A stretch of 64,000 bases of DNA, taken from NCBI GenBank assembly GCA_038087875.1, contig CM075977.1:163804001-163868000 (forward strand), given 5' to 3'. The notes under the pieces were generated by a model that saw only the letters and a program-made list of their open reading frames with translations, had not been told where the DNA came from and searched no databases. Every line of letters begins with the position of its first letter. Within the stretch, counting starts at the first letter, position 1. The position numbers were made by a program, and so were the translations under genes. Source of the DNA: Malacoraja senta. Taxonomy: Eukaryota. Shown here in pieces: positions 1-11,084 of the stretch.

Positions 1-581
1 CCCAGGTGTTTATGCTGCGCTGCATTTAATAGTGAAGATCATACTGTTGTACCGCTACCTGTAAAAATGTGAATATTTTGGTTTGTGTAATTGCATGAAA
101 ACAAGTAAATTTAAGAAGAAGACAACTTTCTGCAATGTCCAATTGGAGAAAATGAGCAACATAAATGAACATAGGGGGGATTTAAATCTGGAAGAAAACG
201 AATGTTGATTCATAGTCTTGGTTAAGAACAATAGGACAGCCACAAAGAACAATGTAAAATATTCATTGGCTATTTTTCGTCATTCTGCAGTTTTGCTCTC
301 AGAGGTAGAAAAATAAAGAACACTTCTTGGAGACAATTGTAGATAATCTCCTTCACAAACTAAAAAAATGTTCAAAGAGTAAACAAAAATCACTAACATT
401 TCTATATTTCTCATGATCATTCATTCTACGAACCTTTGGAAAAAAAGATGCAATTTTATAATTTTTCTGACAATACAGTATATGGTTTACACAGAGATGT
501 TAAATTAAACAGATGCCCCAGTTTCAGTATACTCAGCAGTGGCACAGGAGTAAGGAACTGAAGCAACTTGAGAATAAAATG

Positions 582-678
582 TGTAGGAAATGTGACTCGA
601 TCCGAAACGTCACCCATTCCTTCTCTCCAGAGATGCTGCCTGTCCCGCTGAGTTACTTCAGCATTTTGTGTCTACCTT
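582..678 (+). mobile_element. Short Penelope-terminus-derived insertion (partial hammerhead-like core)
   Basis: CGAAACGTCACCCATTCC...GAGTTACTTCAGCATTTTGTGTCTACC, flanked by an 18-bp direct repeat CAACTTGAGAATAAAATG (564-581 and 679-696). Confidence 0.85.
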
Positions 679-1999
679 CAACTTGAGAATAAAATGGTAC
701 CAAACGATTGGTGTTCTATTTAAGCATGCAGTCTTACAAAAGCCTTGTAAACACTCACGCTATCAAGTAGAGTGGCACCAATTTCAGAAAGAAAAGCCAG
801 ATCAGCCCCAAACATTAGTACTATTTTTGTTCTCGCCTCACATTTACACTGAATATCTGTTTGTTTATTTCTTTACAGAGAAAGTGATTCCGCTTCTTTC
901 CAATTATTAAGTATATTACGTTGAAGGGACCAAAAAAATAGGTAGATTTCCAGAACCGTTTAAATCACTGTTACTCACATTTGAACAGGCAATTGTGAAT
1001 AGTGTAAGGCACAGTGAACAACAGACAGAAATTGAAGATCAGCACCATTCTGTAAATGCTGTCTACAAACCAATACTGTCTTTAGATTTTGTCATATGCT
1101 TGGTTGGAATTACTACACAGTGGGCAGGAAATGTAAAGGGACATCTCCCACATGCCTTCCCAATTGATCCCTCCCAATAATTCCAAAGAGTACTTTTAAG
1201 ATTGCAGTGGGAATGTCTGTTCATTTCCACAATATTACTAAGGACAGAAGAACATGCATTAGGAAAATAATTTGTGAAGTGTGGCATTTTGCCATTACTA
1301 CACTCTCTGCAGAGTGCAATTATTGGCTGCAGTCTGCGGTGTCAATTTAAATGGAGCTGAACGCAGTGGCAATTACTTTTTTTTAAATTTGCTACCACTT
1401 GACATACCCACTGAAGGAGCTGGTGCCATCCCACACCACCACAGGATGATAGCGCATTCCAGTGCACAGACCCTGCTGGCCCTCAGTTGTGATTCAAGAT
1501 CTGTGGCTCTGTCATTTAGTGTAATAATGATGCAAATATGGAAATGGATGCAAAAGAATTTCCTCTGAAATAATTGCGTTGCTTTGCAGCATCTGGCAAT
1601 GAATATTACTTTGCTAAGATGGGCCACTTCTGTCACTAACCGGAAGATGACCCACTAGAAGAGGAAAGGAAGACCACGCAGTTTAAGCAGATTATTCCCC
1701 TGTTCATGGTGCTGGTGTTAGCTACTGGAAGATGCTCGAGGTTTAGGTGTGAGGAGATTCCTTATCCATTTCCTTTGATTTTTCTCTGCTATTAAATGTT
1801 AGGTCGCCTTTCTGGTGACTTTTGCTGACTTCACTACTCCCTGGGAATGCACAGGATTAATTTGGGTTCTTTTAATTTAGGACTATTGGAATCTGATGTA
1901 GATGTCAAACAAAAGTAAAAGTCAAAAGAGAGTGCAGTGGTAAAATAACAAGTTTAATGCTTTCAAAGAGCGAGCACATGGTGGATCAAAAAACATCCT

Positions 2000-2127
2000 G
2001 TGTAGGAAGGAACTGCAGATGCTGGTTTCAACTAAAGATAAACGCAAAAAGCGGAAGTAACTCAGTGGGACAGGCAGCATCTCTGGAGAAAAGGAATAGG
2101 TGATGTTTCGGGTCGAGACCCATCTTC
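2000..2127 (-). mobile_element. Short Penelope-terminus-derived insertion
   Basis: Matches 17023-17150. Imperfect flanking duplication CAAAAAACATCCTGT / CAAAAATATCATGT. Confidence 0.85.
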
Positions 2128-2243
2128 AAAAATATCATGTATTGTCTGACATATCCACCTTCTCAACTTGTTCCTCAATCCCTATACTTTCCAGATCTAT
2201 AACTAATTGTCCCTTGAGCCCACTTGCACTGGTGTGCTAGAAT

Positions 2244-2905
2244 CATAGAAACATAGAAAATAGGTGCAGGAGTAGGCCATTCGGCCCTTCGAGCCTGCAC
2301 CGCCATTCAATATGATCATGGCTGATCATCCAACTCAGTATCCTGTACCTGCCTTCTCTCCATACCCCCTGATCCCTTTAGCCACAAGGGCCACATCTAA
2401 CTCCCTCTTAAATATAGCCAATGAACTGGCCTCAACTACCTTCTGTGGCAGAGAGTTCCAGAGATTCACCACTCTCTGTGTGAAAAATGTTTTTCTCATC
2501 TCGGTCTTAAAGGATTTCCCCTTAATCCTTAAACTGTGCCCCCTTGTCCTGGACTTCCCCAACATCGGGAACAATCTTCCTGCATCTAGCCTGTCCAACC
2601 CCTTAAGAATTTTGTAAGTTTCTATAAGATCCCCCCTCAATCTTCTAAATTCTAGCGAGTACAAGCCGAGTCTATCCAGTCTTTCTTCATATGAAAGTCC
2701 TGACATCCCAGGAATCAATCTGGTGAACCTTCTCTGTACTCCCTCTATGGCAAGAATGTCTTTCCTCAGATTTGGAGACCAAAACTGTACGCAATACTCC
2801 AGGTGTGGTCTCACCAAGACCCTGTACAACTGCAGTAGAACCTCCCTGCTCCTATACTCAAATCTTTTGCTATGAATGGTAACATACCATTCGCTTTCTT
2901 CACTG
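2244..2905 (-). mobile_element. Young 5'-truncated CR1 LINE 3' end
   Basis: ORF 2335-2829 is the CR1 ORF2 C-terminus (RPHLEYCVQFWSP...RLRGDLIE...FFTQRVVNLWNSLP). (CTATGTTT)n tail. Confidence 0.95.
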
Positions 2906-3329
2906 AGGTAATTAGCAATAATTACCCAATCACCCTATTGAGTGTGAAATTTCTCCCTAGCTTCCAAGTTCCTCATTTATAATCAGATCAGAAGATTGCT
3001 TTGGAAATGAAAAGAAACAGAAAATGCTGGATACGGGTCAAGCAGCATCCGTAGAGAAATAAACTGAGTCAAAGTCTCAGGTCAAGGACTTTTCATCAGT
3101 TCATCTGAGCACTTCCAGCATTGTCTGCGTTCACTTCTCATTTTGATCTCTCATCTCTTAATGTAGGATGTTTTTCATCATAATGTGCAATTTGTTTAAT
3201 TTACTTTTTTAAATTCCTTTTATAAATGTTGTAATCTTGTAGTGTTCCTTTTACAGTGTCTCTTTCATCTGGATTTTGTGGATGTTAGTTTCAAATTCCA
3301 CAACATAATTCGCTCTTTCACCTCAATGT

Positions 3330-3585
3330 TTTGCGGAGGGGTGGTGCACCAACAAGGGTGGTTTAAGATGTTAAAATGTTCCCCATCTGATTCCACATAA
3401 GGATGTAAAAGATGCTGTGGCACTATTTGAAGATGAGAAAGGGAATAAGCCTTGCCCATGCTTACCTCTCCCACACTATCATTAAAGTAGAATAACTATT
3501 CATTATCTCATTTGTAGAACTGGCTGTGTGCAAATTCACATTTCATTACAACAGCAACTACACACCAAAGTAGTACTTAATTCAA
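3330..3585 (+). mobile_element. Ancient DeuSINE remnant
   Basis: GGATGTAAAAGATGCTGTGGCACTATTTGAAGA (Deu core) and GCTGTGTGCAAATT..CATTACAACAG..ACTACAC. Confidence 0.6.
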
Positions 3586-3666
3586 TATATTGATTAGATA
3601 TACTTCCTGATATACAGAGGTCATTTAAAGTACTTTGTAACTACACATTTATTGCTTTCCTTTTCA

Positions 3667-4175
3667 CAGAACATAGAACAGTGCAGCACAGGAACAGGCC
3701 CTTCGACCCTTTATGGCTGTGCAGAATATGATGCCACATTAAACTAATCTCCTCAGTCTGCACACAATTCATATTTCTCCCTTCCCTGCATATCCATGTG
3801 CCTCTTAAATGTCATTATTGAATCTGCCTTCATCACCATTCCAGGCGTGTTCCAGGCACCCACCATACGATGTATAAAAAAAACTCGCCACATGCATTTC
3901 CTTTAAACTTTCCCTCTCTCACCTTAAAGCTATACCCTCTAGTATTTGATTTGTTCATCCTGGGAAAAAGGTTCCAAATGTCTACCCTATTTATCTATAC
4001 CTCTCATAATTGTATACTTCTATACGGTCTACTCTCTGCCTCCAACAGTCCAGAGAAAGCAATAAATATTTATCCAACTTCTCCTTACAGCTAATACCCT
4101 CTAATCCAAGCAGTATTTCGGTCAACCTCTACTGCACCCTCTGCAAAATCTCCACATCCTCCGTGTAGCGAGGCA
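3667..4175 (-). mobile_element. Older CR1-type LINE 3' fragment
   Basis: AGAACATAGAACAGTGCAGCACAGGAACAGGCCCTTCG tail. TTCCAGGCACCCACCA is the reverse of the VVGAWN motif. Confidence 0.75.
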
Positions 4176-7071
4176 ACTATCATGAAACTTGCAGTGTTTG
4201 ATTTAATCAGTTTTACACCCCTTTATGCCTTCAGAGAGCAACAACAACTTTCCCATGTTACCAAAAGAGAGCAGTTTGAAGGCAATACTAATTCAATAAA
4301 AAACAGGAGGAGTATTTGTAATTTCTGATGCAGTGGGCTGTGGTGGGACAGCGATGGTAGGGGAGGAAGAGGAGGAGGGGGAGGGGGAGAGGAAGTGATA
4401 CTGGGTTGTATGAGGAATCGGTACCATTCTAATAAAACCAGATTAAAAAAAACAAAGCACAGCAAAAATCATTGAAGTTAAACATTTGAAATGCTGGCCC
4501 AGAATAGACGGTGCCTCAAACAAATGCCAATTCCACAGTGAAGAGGATTCAATTGTTTTCTGGTCTTTCAAGAAAGTGCTGCCTGACTGCCCTGGCAGCA
4601 TCAGTGAGTGGAAGCAAGCACTTGGGGAGATCAAAGCAACAACAGCGCGACTGACAGTGAGAACATAGTCTGCCACCCAGTTGGTCATGCAGCAGGCCGG
4701 ACCTTGAACAATGAATGAGTTTCCAAAACTTTCATTAATCGGTCCTTTACAAATCCAGGGTCTGAGGCAAACAAAACTCTATTCAGCAGCCCTGGCCAGC
4801 TAAGCTAGGTCAAAGCAAGGCATTCCTGGCCTACAGACCACGTTGTCCTTGTGTGTATCCAAGTATTTCACACAGCAGGTGGTCAACGACTTCACCTCCA
4901 AGCCTCTTGTGACTGAAATGAAAACTGAAAACTTGTCGGGGAGAGCAGACGCGATGTGACTGAATTCAGGGCAGCGATAAGCTTCCTATTCAAAGTCAAA
5001 AGCACTTTACATGTTTTGTTTTGTAAAATGACTTGCAGTTGGGGCTACAACCTCCGTTAGCAGACAGAAGTGGGACTCTTTAACCAAAGTGTTTCCCGCC
5101 ATGCTGCTACATTAATTACATTGAAATGGAGACGAGGGGACGCCCATGGTCACCCAGATAGTTAGAGGTAAATGGCATGCATTAATCAGCAGATAGCTCC
5201 CATCAAGATCCTTCCAAAGTCACTCCTAAACTGCGAGATGAGAGGTTACGGCTCCCTACTTTGTATACCAATCCACGACAGATGTACTCGCACTAAGACT
5301 CAGCAATATACCTCCCACCAAGGCACAACATCTGCTGCAAGTCCATGTAATCCAAGAAAAACTGCTCTCTAATTCATGCAGCAACCCTACGGATGTTGCC
5401 TTCCATTTATTCCTGTCGACCAATGTCTGTAACACACTAGGTTAAACATGAAGCTAATCAAATGCAACAATATAGAATGAACAGTAGATTGTTTTTTGAA
5501 TCCTTCAGGTTCAGCCACAAGGGGCAGGAATAAACAGATTCTCTAGGTCAGATGGAACTGGTGAAATCAATACGTTGTGAGAATATAGAGCTAGCACTAG
5601 TGTAGGTGACACCTCACTGAACTATCAAAAGAGTCAAATTACAAAGTCCAGAAGCAAGACAATTGCTGAAGTTTATCTCAGGTCAGTAATAGAGAAACCT
5701 CCGTTCATGTAGTTCCATCCACCTCCTGTACTTTCCAATATTCTCACTATATTAAACAAAAAACATTTTGCAGTCAGCTCACAGAAGGATATTTTAAAAT
5801 AAGGACAATGTGATGCATGACTGCTTCTTGTGTTTAATCTTTAAAATTCCTGCCATGCCATTTTTTACAAATACTTGAGAGAGAGAGAGACGAGTCTTCA
5901 ATTTTACACCTTATGGAAAAACAACCGAGCCATTTATATATCACCTTTCACAAGTACATGAAGTACAGTCACTGCTGAGCGACAGATGCTAATTTTCCCG
6001 TAACAGTGGATGATCTGGTAAACTAACGTCTATTGAGGAATCACCATAAGCCAAAATCCTAGAGGAAAAGGCCTTGTACCTCAGATTGCAAGGGGGACCT
6101 TTTATGGCTACCTGAGAAAGCAAACACACCTACAGTTTGTAAACTCTCCAAAAGTGTACCCTATATTGTTCAGAAGGAACCTGGAAAGATGGAGTGTTTC
6201 TGTATACAGAACTGAAGGAGTTATCACTGGATCAAGCTGCAGCAACAGAACCAAAACTGATCGATGTTGAACATAAAGTATCCAAATCAAATCAATGCAC
6301 CCACTCACGAGGATGACAACATATAATTTTCACTTCCTCCAACAATCAAGCAATTCACCATGCCCTTTACATATTTGTCATACCCAATGCAGAACAATAT
6401 ACATCTATAATGGATAATGAATTTCTTTGGTCAGCTTCTGATTATTCCTTGATAAATCTGCAATACCGACATCACAAGACATTATTAACCTCTTGTGAAT
6501 TTAGCAACACATCAAGGACCTGCCATACACACCAACTGCTGCTGCAAGCTCATTGGGAAAGCAGGATTAATATTAAACATTAAAGATGTATATAAGCAGG
6601 TTATTAGAGAATGAATAAAAAAATAAAGGCAGCTTCAAACAGGAATCCTAAATGTTCAGACATCATTTGCCATGAAAGAAAAATCCAGCAGCTGGCAAAC
6701 ACCATTTCACTCCTCTGCTTTGCTATGTTCTGCTTTAAACCTGGACATAGCGACTTCTGCAGGCTACTGCAGTCCCCGGTTCCATTTCTATCCTGCCAAG
6801 CCTCACACAAGAACAAGCTAGATTTTCAACCATGGAATATTAATACTAAGAGTATCCAGATAAATTCAGTTTCCAGGAGGGCTTCAAAGGAAAGAAATGC
6901 AGGAGTGGTACTGAGTGTTTCTCATTCCTATCAGATATAAATTATAATAAACCCTATCATTTCCCTAACCGGATCAGTAACTCAGGCCATTCAAAGGGCA
7001 TTCAAACTCTTCATACACACCCAGCAACACAACTCTATGTGGCTTTGTAATTTAGTGCAAGACATTCCATT

Positions 7072-7190
7072 TGGTCTGAAGAAGGGGTCTTTTACAAAGG
7101 GTCTTTAACTTTTACCCGAAACATCACCCATTCCTTCTCTCCAGACACGCTGCCTGTCCCACTGAGTTACTCCAAGATTTTGTGTCTAAC
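7072..7190 (+). mobile_element. Short Penelope-terminus-derived insertion with expanded stem II
   Basis: GGTCTGAAGAAGGGGTC...ACCCGAAACATCACCCATTCC. Confidence 0.8.
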
Positions 7191-7509
7191 TCTATTTGAC
7201 TAGTTTTTATTATTGATTGTATTGAAAACTGAATTTATCCGGATACTCAGAACTCACTATTAGGGCTTCCGTGGTTGAAAATCTAGCTCAGTATTATATG
7301 AGGATTGGCAGCACAGAAAGCTTTTCACTGTACCTCAGTACATGTGACAATAATAAGCTAAACTAAACTTAAACTTTGCAATGTTTGCGATAACAGAATC
7401 TACATTACAAATAAAATTTCCTTTTTTTTAATATCAGTGTCATTCTTCAAAAACTAACCTATTATTTTGTGTTTTATTGTTTATACTAGTCCATTTTTAG
7501 TTAGAAAGT

Positions 7510-7835
7510 AAATCTTGTATTTATGTAGCAGTATCCCAAAACAGGATAAAAGCTAGGAAAAGGGACTTTTCTGAAGTGCTGTGAAATGAATAATTTGCTT
7601 TCAGTAAACTCCCACAAACATCAAAGTATTAATGACTAAATAATTTATTTGGTGACAATGATTAAGAAATAAATATTAGCTCGGGCATCAGGAATAATTC
7701 GTCCCATTTCTCAAAATACAGTAATGCCAAGAGACAAACCACAACCATGCCATTAGAAAGACCTCAATTTATATTCTCATCCAAACAAAGGTACCTCCAG
7801 CAGTGTGCCATTCCTTCAGCGCTGCACTGGAGTAA
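7510..7835 (-). mobile_element. Ancient DeuSINE remnant
   Basis: CTCCCACAAACA, ATAAATATT and TCTCATCC..ACCTCC..CAGTG..CAG.GCTGCACTGGAGT are the reverse of SacSINE1-like blocks. Confidence 0.6.
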
Positions 7836-7884
7836 TTGCATTTTGTGCTGTTTTTATGGGGGAACACAAGGAACTCTAGATTCT

Positions 7885-8080
7885 GATTTACAAAAAAATG
7901 CACAAAGTGCTGGTGTAACTCAATGGGGCAAGCCGCATCTCTGGAGAACTTGGATAGGTGACATTTCGGGTCAAGATCCTTCTTCAGTCTGAAGAAGAGA
8001 CCCGACCCGAAACGTTGCCTATTTATGTGCTCCAGAGATGCTGCCTGACACGCTGAGTTACTCCAGTACTTTGTGTGTTA
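7885..8080. mobile_element. Palindromic inverted pair of Penelope termini
   Basis: Minus copy ends in CTTCTTCAG and is immediately followed by a plus copy TCTGAAGAAG...CCCGAAACGTT. Axis at ~7988. Confidence 0.85.
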
Positions 8081-8589
8081 TTTGTGGGATTTGATCCACA
8101 ACCTTTTCAACTCAAGCATACATGTGATATCATGAAGTGCTGGAATAACTCAGCGGGTCAAGCTGCATCTGTGAGGGGATTGGATAAGTGAGGTTTTAGG
8201 TTGGCACCTTTCTTCATACTGACACCAGCACTTTGTGATTTGCTCAAGATTCCAGCATCTGCCGTTCCTTGTGTCTACGTGTGCTATCAACTGAGAAGCA
8301 TTGAAACCAAGGAAGTATAGATTGAGGCAAAAAGGTAGCTATTCTAATTATATTTCCGAAGGATCTGAATGCACTCATATTCTCACCTATTTATCAATTA
8401 TTTGAACAAACGAACAGACCATTGTATATCAAAATTTATAGATGGCATTAAATTAGAATACGCAATGTAAGGTGTTAGATAAGAGAAAGAAGTTGCAAAG
8501 GGAATAGACAGATTACAAAATGCACAAAATCTCCATAATTGGTTAATAGTGACAACTGTGCTTTAGACCCAAAAAGATAAATTGTAAAA

Positions 8590-9200
8590 TGTTCTAATCT
8601 ATTAAAAAAAAAATTAGGAATGGCAGAAGAGTGAAGAGATTTGGGAGGCCAAAAATGCAAATTCTTTTTGGTCTACAGCTAAATGCAAATTGCAATTAGA
8701 TACTTGATTGAATGTTAACATTTATTTCAAGAATGGAATAAATTATATGTCAGGTGTTTAGAGGCTTGATGATACTTCATCCTGATGCCCGTGGCTGGCT
8801 TTTGACAGGGTACAGCACTGTTTCATCTGAAAAGGTAGACAACTTATATTCTTGTATTATCTTGAGCGTGCATTGGAGTTGAAATGTGAAAAGGAGGCAG
8901 TTGGAATAGATAGAGAAAAACTGCCTGCTAGTGAAGGAAGCAAGAACAGGGAATGTAATCTCAAACTTAGAGCTAAATTTGGGAAGGGATTGTGAAAATA
9001 ATATTTCATACAAAGTAAGTTGAAATTCTCCACTTGCATACCAACTGGAACAGTCAAAGTGTATGAAACTGAGATTGATGTTTTTTTATTGGGCAAAGAT
9101 AAACAATATGGTGCTGAGGCCTACTACAGCCATGATGTAACTGAACGAGGAATTGGCCTCATGGGGGCTGAATGGTCTAATCATATCTCGCTGCTCTTCT
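8590..9200 (+). mobile_element. Highly degenerate CR1 3' fragment
   Basis: Residual GAGATTGATGTTTTTTTATTGGGCAAAG and GGGGCTGAATGGTCT blocks typical of CR1 3' ends. Confidence 0.5.
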
Positions 9201-9574
9201 TTTGAAAATAGGAATTTGAAGTTCACATGTAACAAATGAAGGGTGGATTTTATATGCAATGATTAATGAGCTATGAGCTTATTATACGGTACAGGACTTT
9301 CAGGGTCCCTGAAGCTATTTAGATTACAGCCTGCTTTTACAATATTCTGGACTCAATGCCTGCAATCTTTCATAAATGTTACTCACTAATACTGTGAAGC
9401 TACCTAAGCAGATGATAAAAAAGTTAATTAAAATCTCATACTTCCTCTTATAAAGTTCATATGTATACACATATATGAAGAAACTGAAAAGTAAGAAATC
9501 CTAATGTGTAAAACCAAGTTGAATAAATTGAGACTATCGTATTTGATCAAACATGAAATTTAATTTTGTTTGGT

Positions 9575-9870
9575 TTAGTTTAGAGATACAGCGTGGAAAC
9601 AGGCCCTTTAGCCCACCATATCCAGCCCGACCGCACATTAACACTATCCCTACACCCACTAGGGACAATTTTACATTTACCAAGCCAATTAACCTACAAA
9701 CCTGTACTTCTTTGGAGTGTGGGAGGAAACTGAAGATCTTGGAGAAAAACCCACGCGGTCACGGGGAGAACGTACAAACTCCATACAGACAGCACCCATA
9801 GTCAGGATCGAACCCGGTTCTCCGGCGCTGCACTCGCTGTAAGGCAGCAACTCTACCACTGTGACTGCCC
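9575..9870 (-). mobile_element. V-SINE (HE1-like): tRNA-derived head, V domain, CR1-type tail
   Basis: Minus strand has B box GGTTCGATCC, V core TATGGAGTTTGTACGTTCTCCCCGTGACCGCGTGGGTTT, and tail GCCTGTTTCCACGCTGTATCTCTAAACTAAA. Confidence 0.88.
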
Positions 9871-9959
9871 TCATTCTCACTGCTCATGAACCCAGTCCAT
9901 TAAAACTTCCAAGCAGTGAGATTTAACCTCTACTCTGCTCCACCATCCCCAAAGGAGTT

Positions 9960-10680
9960 GGCTCTCATTCCCCTCCCCTAATGCTGATGAGGTTCTCTCT
10001 CTTCCAATTTCCTGAAGATGTTCCAAAAGCAAAACACTGCAGAGGCTGGAATTCTGAATTAAAACAGAACAGGCTTAAAATACAAAGCATGTCAGGCAGC
10101 ATCTGCAGAGAATTAAGGTTGTTCATGGTTCTGAGGGAAGCTCATCAAGTAGAAATATTAGCTCTGTTTCCATCTTCATGGATGCTGATGAACTGCTGAG
10201 CATTTCTAGCATTATCTGTTTAATCCTTGAAGATGTTAATTTACTCATTCTCCCTGAAAGTGTTTCACTCTTTCCCTTCCCCTTTAAATTGTCTATCCTC
10301 GCTGAAGTTGCTGACTCTCTCCAATCCATGAAAATGTAAACTCCTTTGCCATCACTAAAGATATTGACTCCCTCCCTTACCCTGAAGATGTTGTAAGGGG
10401 CCAACTTTCGATCACAGTCACCCTCATCCCTGAAGGTGCTGACTCTCTCCCTCCGCCTTGTAGGTGCTAGACCTCTCTCCACTCTCCCTGAAGATGCTGA
10501 CTCTCTCCACTCTCCTGGAAGTCCCAGATCCCTCTCCACTCTCCCTGAAAGTCTGGACCTTCTCCACTCTCCCTGAAGGTGCTGACCCTTTCTTGCGCTA
10601 TTTCTGAAGGGACTGGACCTCTCTCCTGCCCTCCCTGAAGGTGATAACACTCTCTCGTGTCCCATGACTGTGAAGATTTT
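9960..10680. repeat. Degenerate ~28-bp minisatellite (CTCTCTCCACTCTCCCTGAAGRTGCTGA), interrupted by a Penelope-terminus pair at ~10030-10222
   Basis: Recurring CCCTGAAG(A/G)TG units, clearest at 10473-10650. Confidence 0.8.
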
Positions 10681-11084
10681 TACTCAGGGAGGGGTTTAAT
10701 GGGTAGCCACCCTCCTCTATAGCTCAACTAGATTAGCTGCACTTAGCCAAAATGGATATTCTGCTTCTCCTGACCTTGAAGCTCACGGAGTCGGGGTGGG
10801 ATGTGAAAGGGGTGGGGGGGAGGGTGGGGGGGGGGGGGGGGGACGACACACACTCAGGCCCATTTGTTAGTGAACTTCACTACAAATACCACACAGCAGC
10901 GATGGACAGAATCACTCACTTTCTAGGTTCATTCTTGGCGAAGAATGGCAACTTCAGGGAAATGCAATGAGTGAAAAGTAACTGTTGGATTACTTGTGCA
11001 AGACACAAAGTGCTGAAGTATCTCAGCAGGTCAGCCCAGCATCTGTAGAAGGAATGGATAAGGCCAACGTTTTGGGTCAGGACC

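Noticed and set aside
1837-1847. EBF1-like site TCCCTGGGA
   Set aside because: One base short of the TCCCnnGGGA palindrome; too weak on its own.
6604-6816. Minus-strand ORF considered as Pax5 exon 6
   Set aside because: Lacks partial-homeodomain residues and convincing splice sites.
10123-10665. 180-aa minus-strand ORF
   Set aside because: Product of the 28-bp tandem repeat; repetitive peptide with no splice or homology support.
10238-10680. CRISPR-like array
   Set aside because: Eukaryotic context; units are contiguous and degenerate with no unique spacers.
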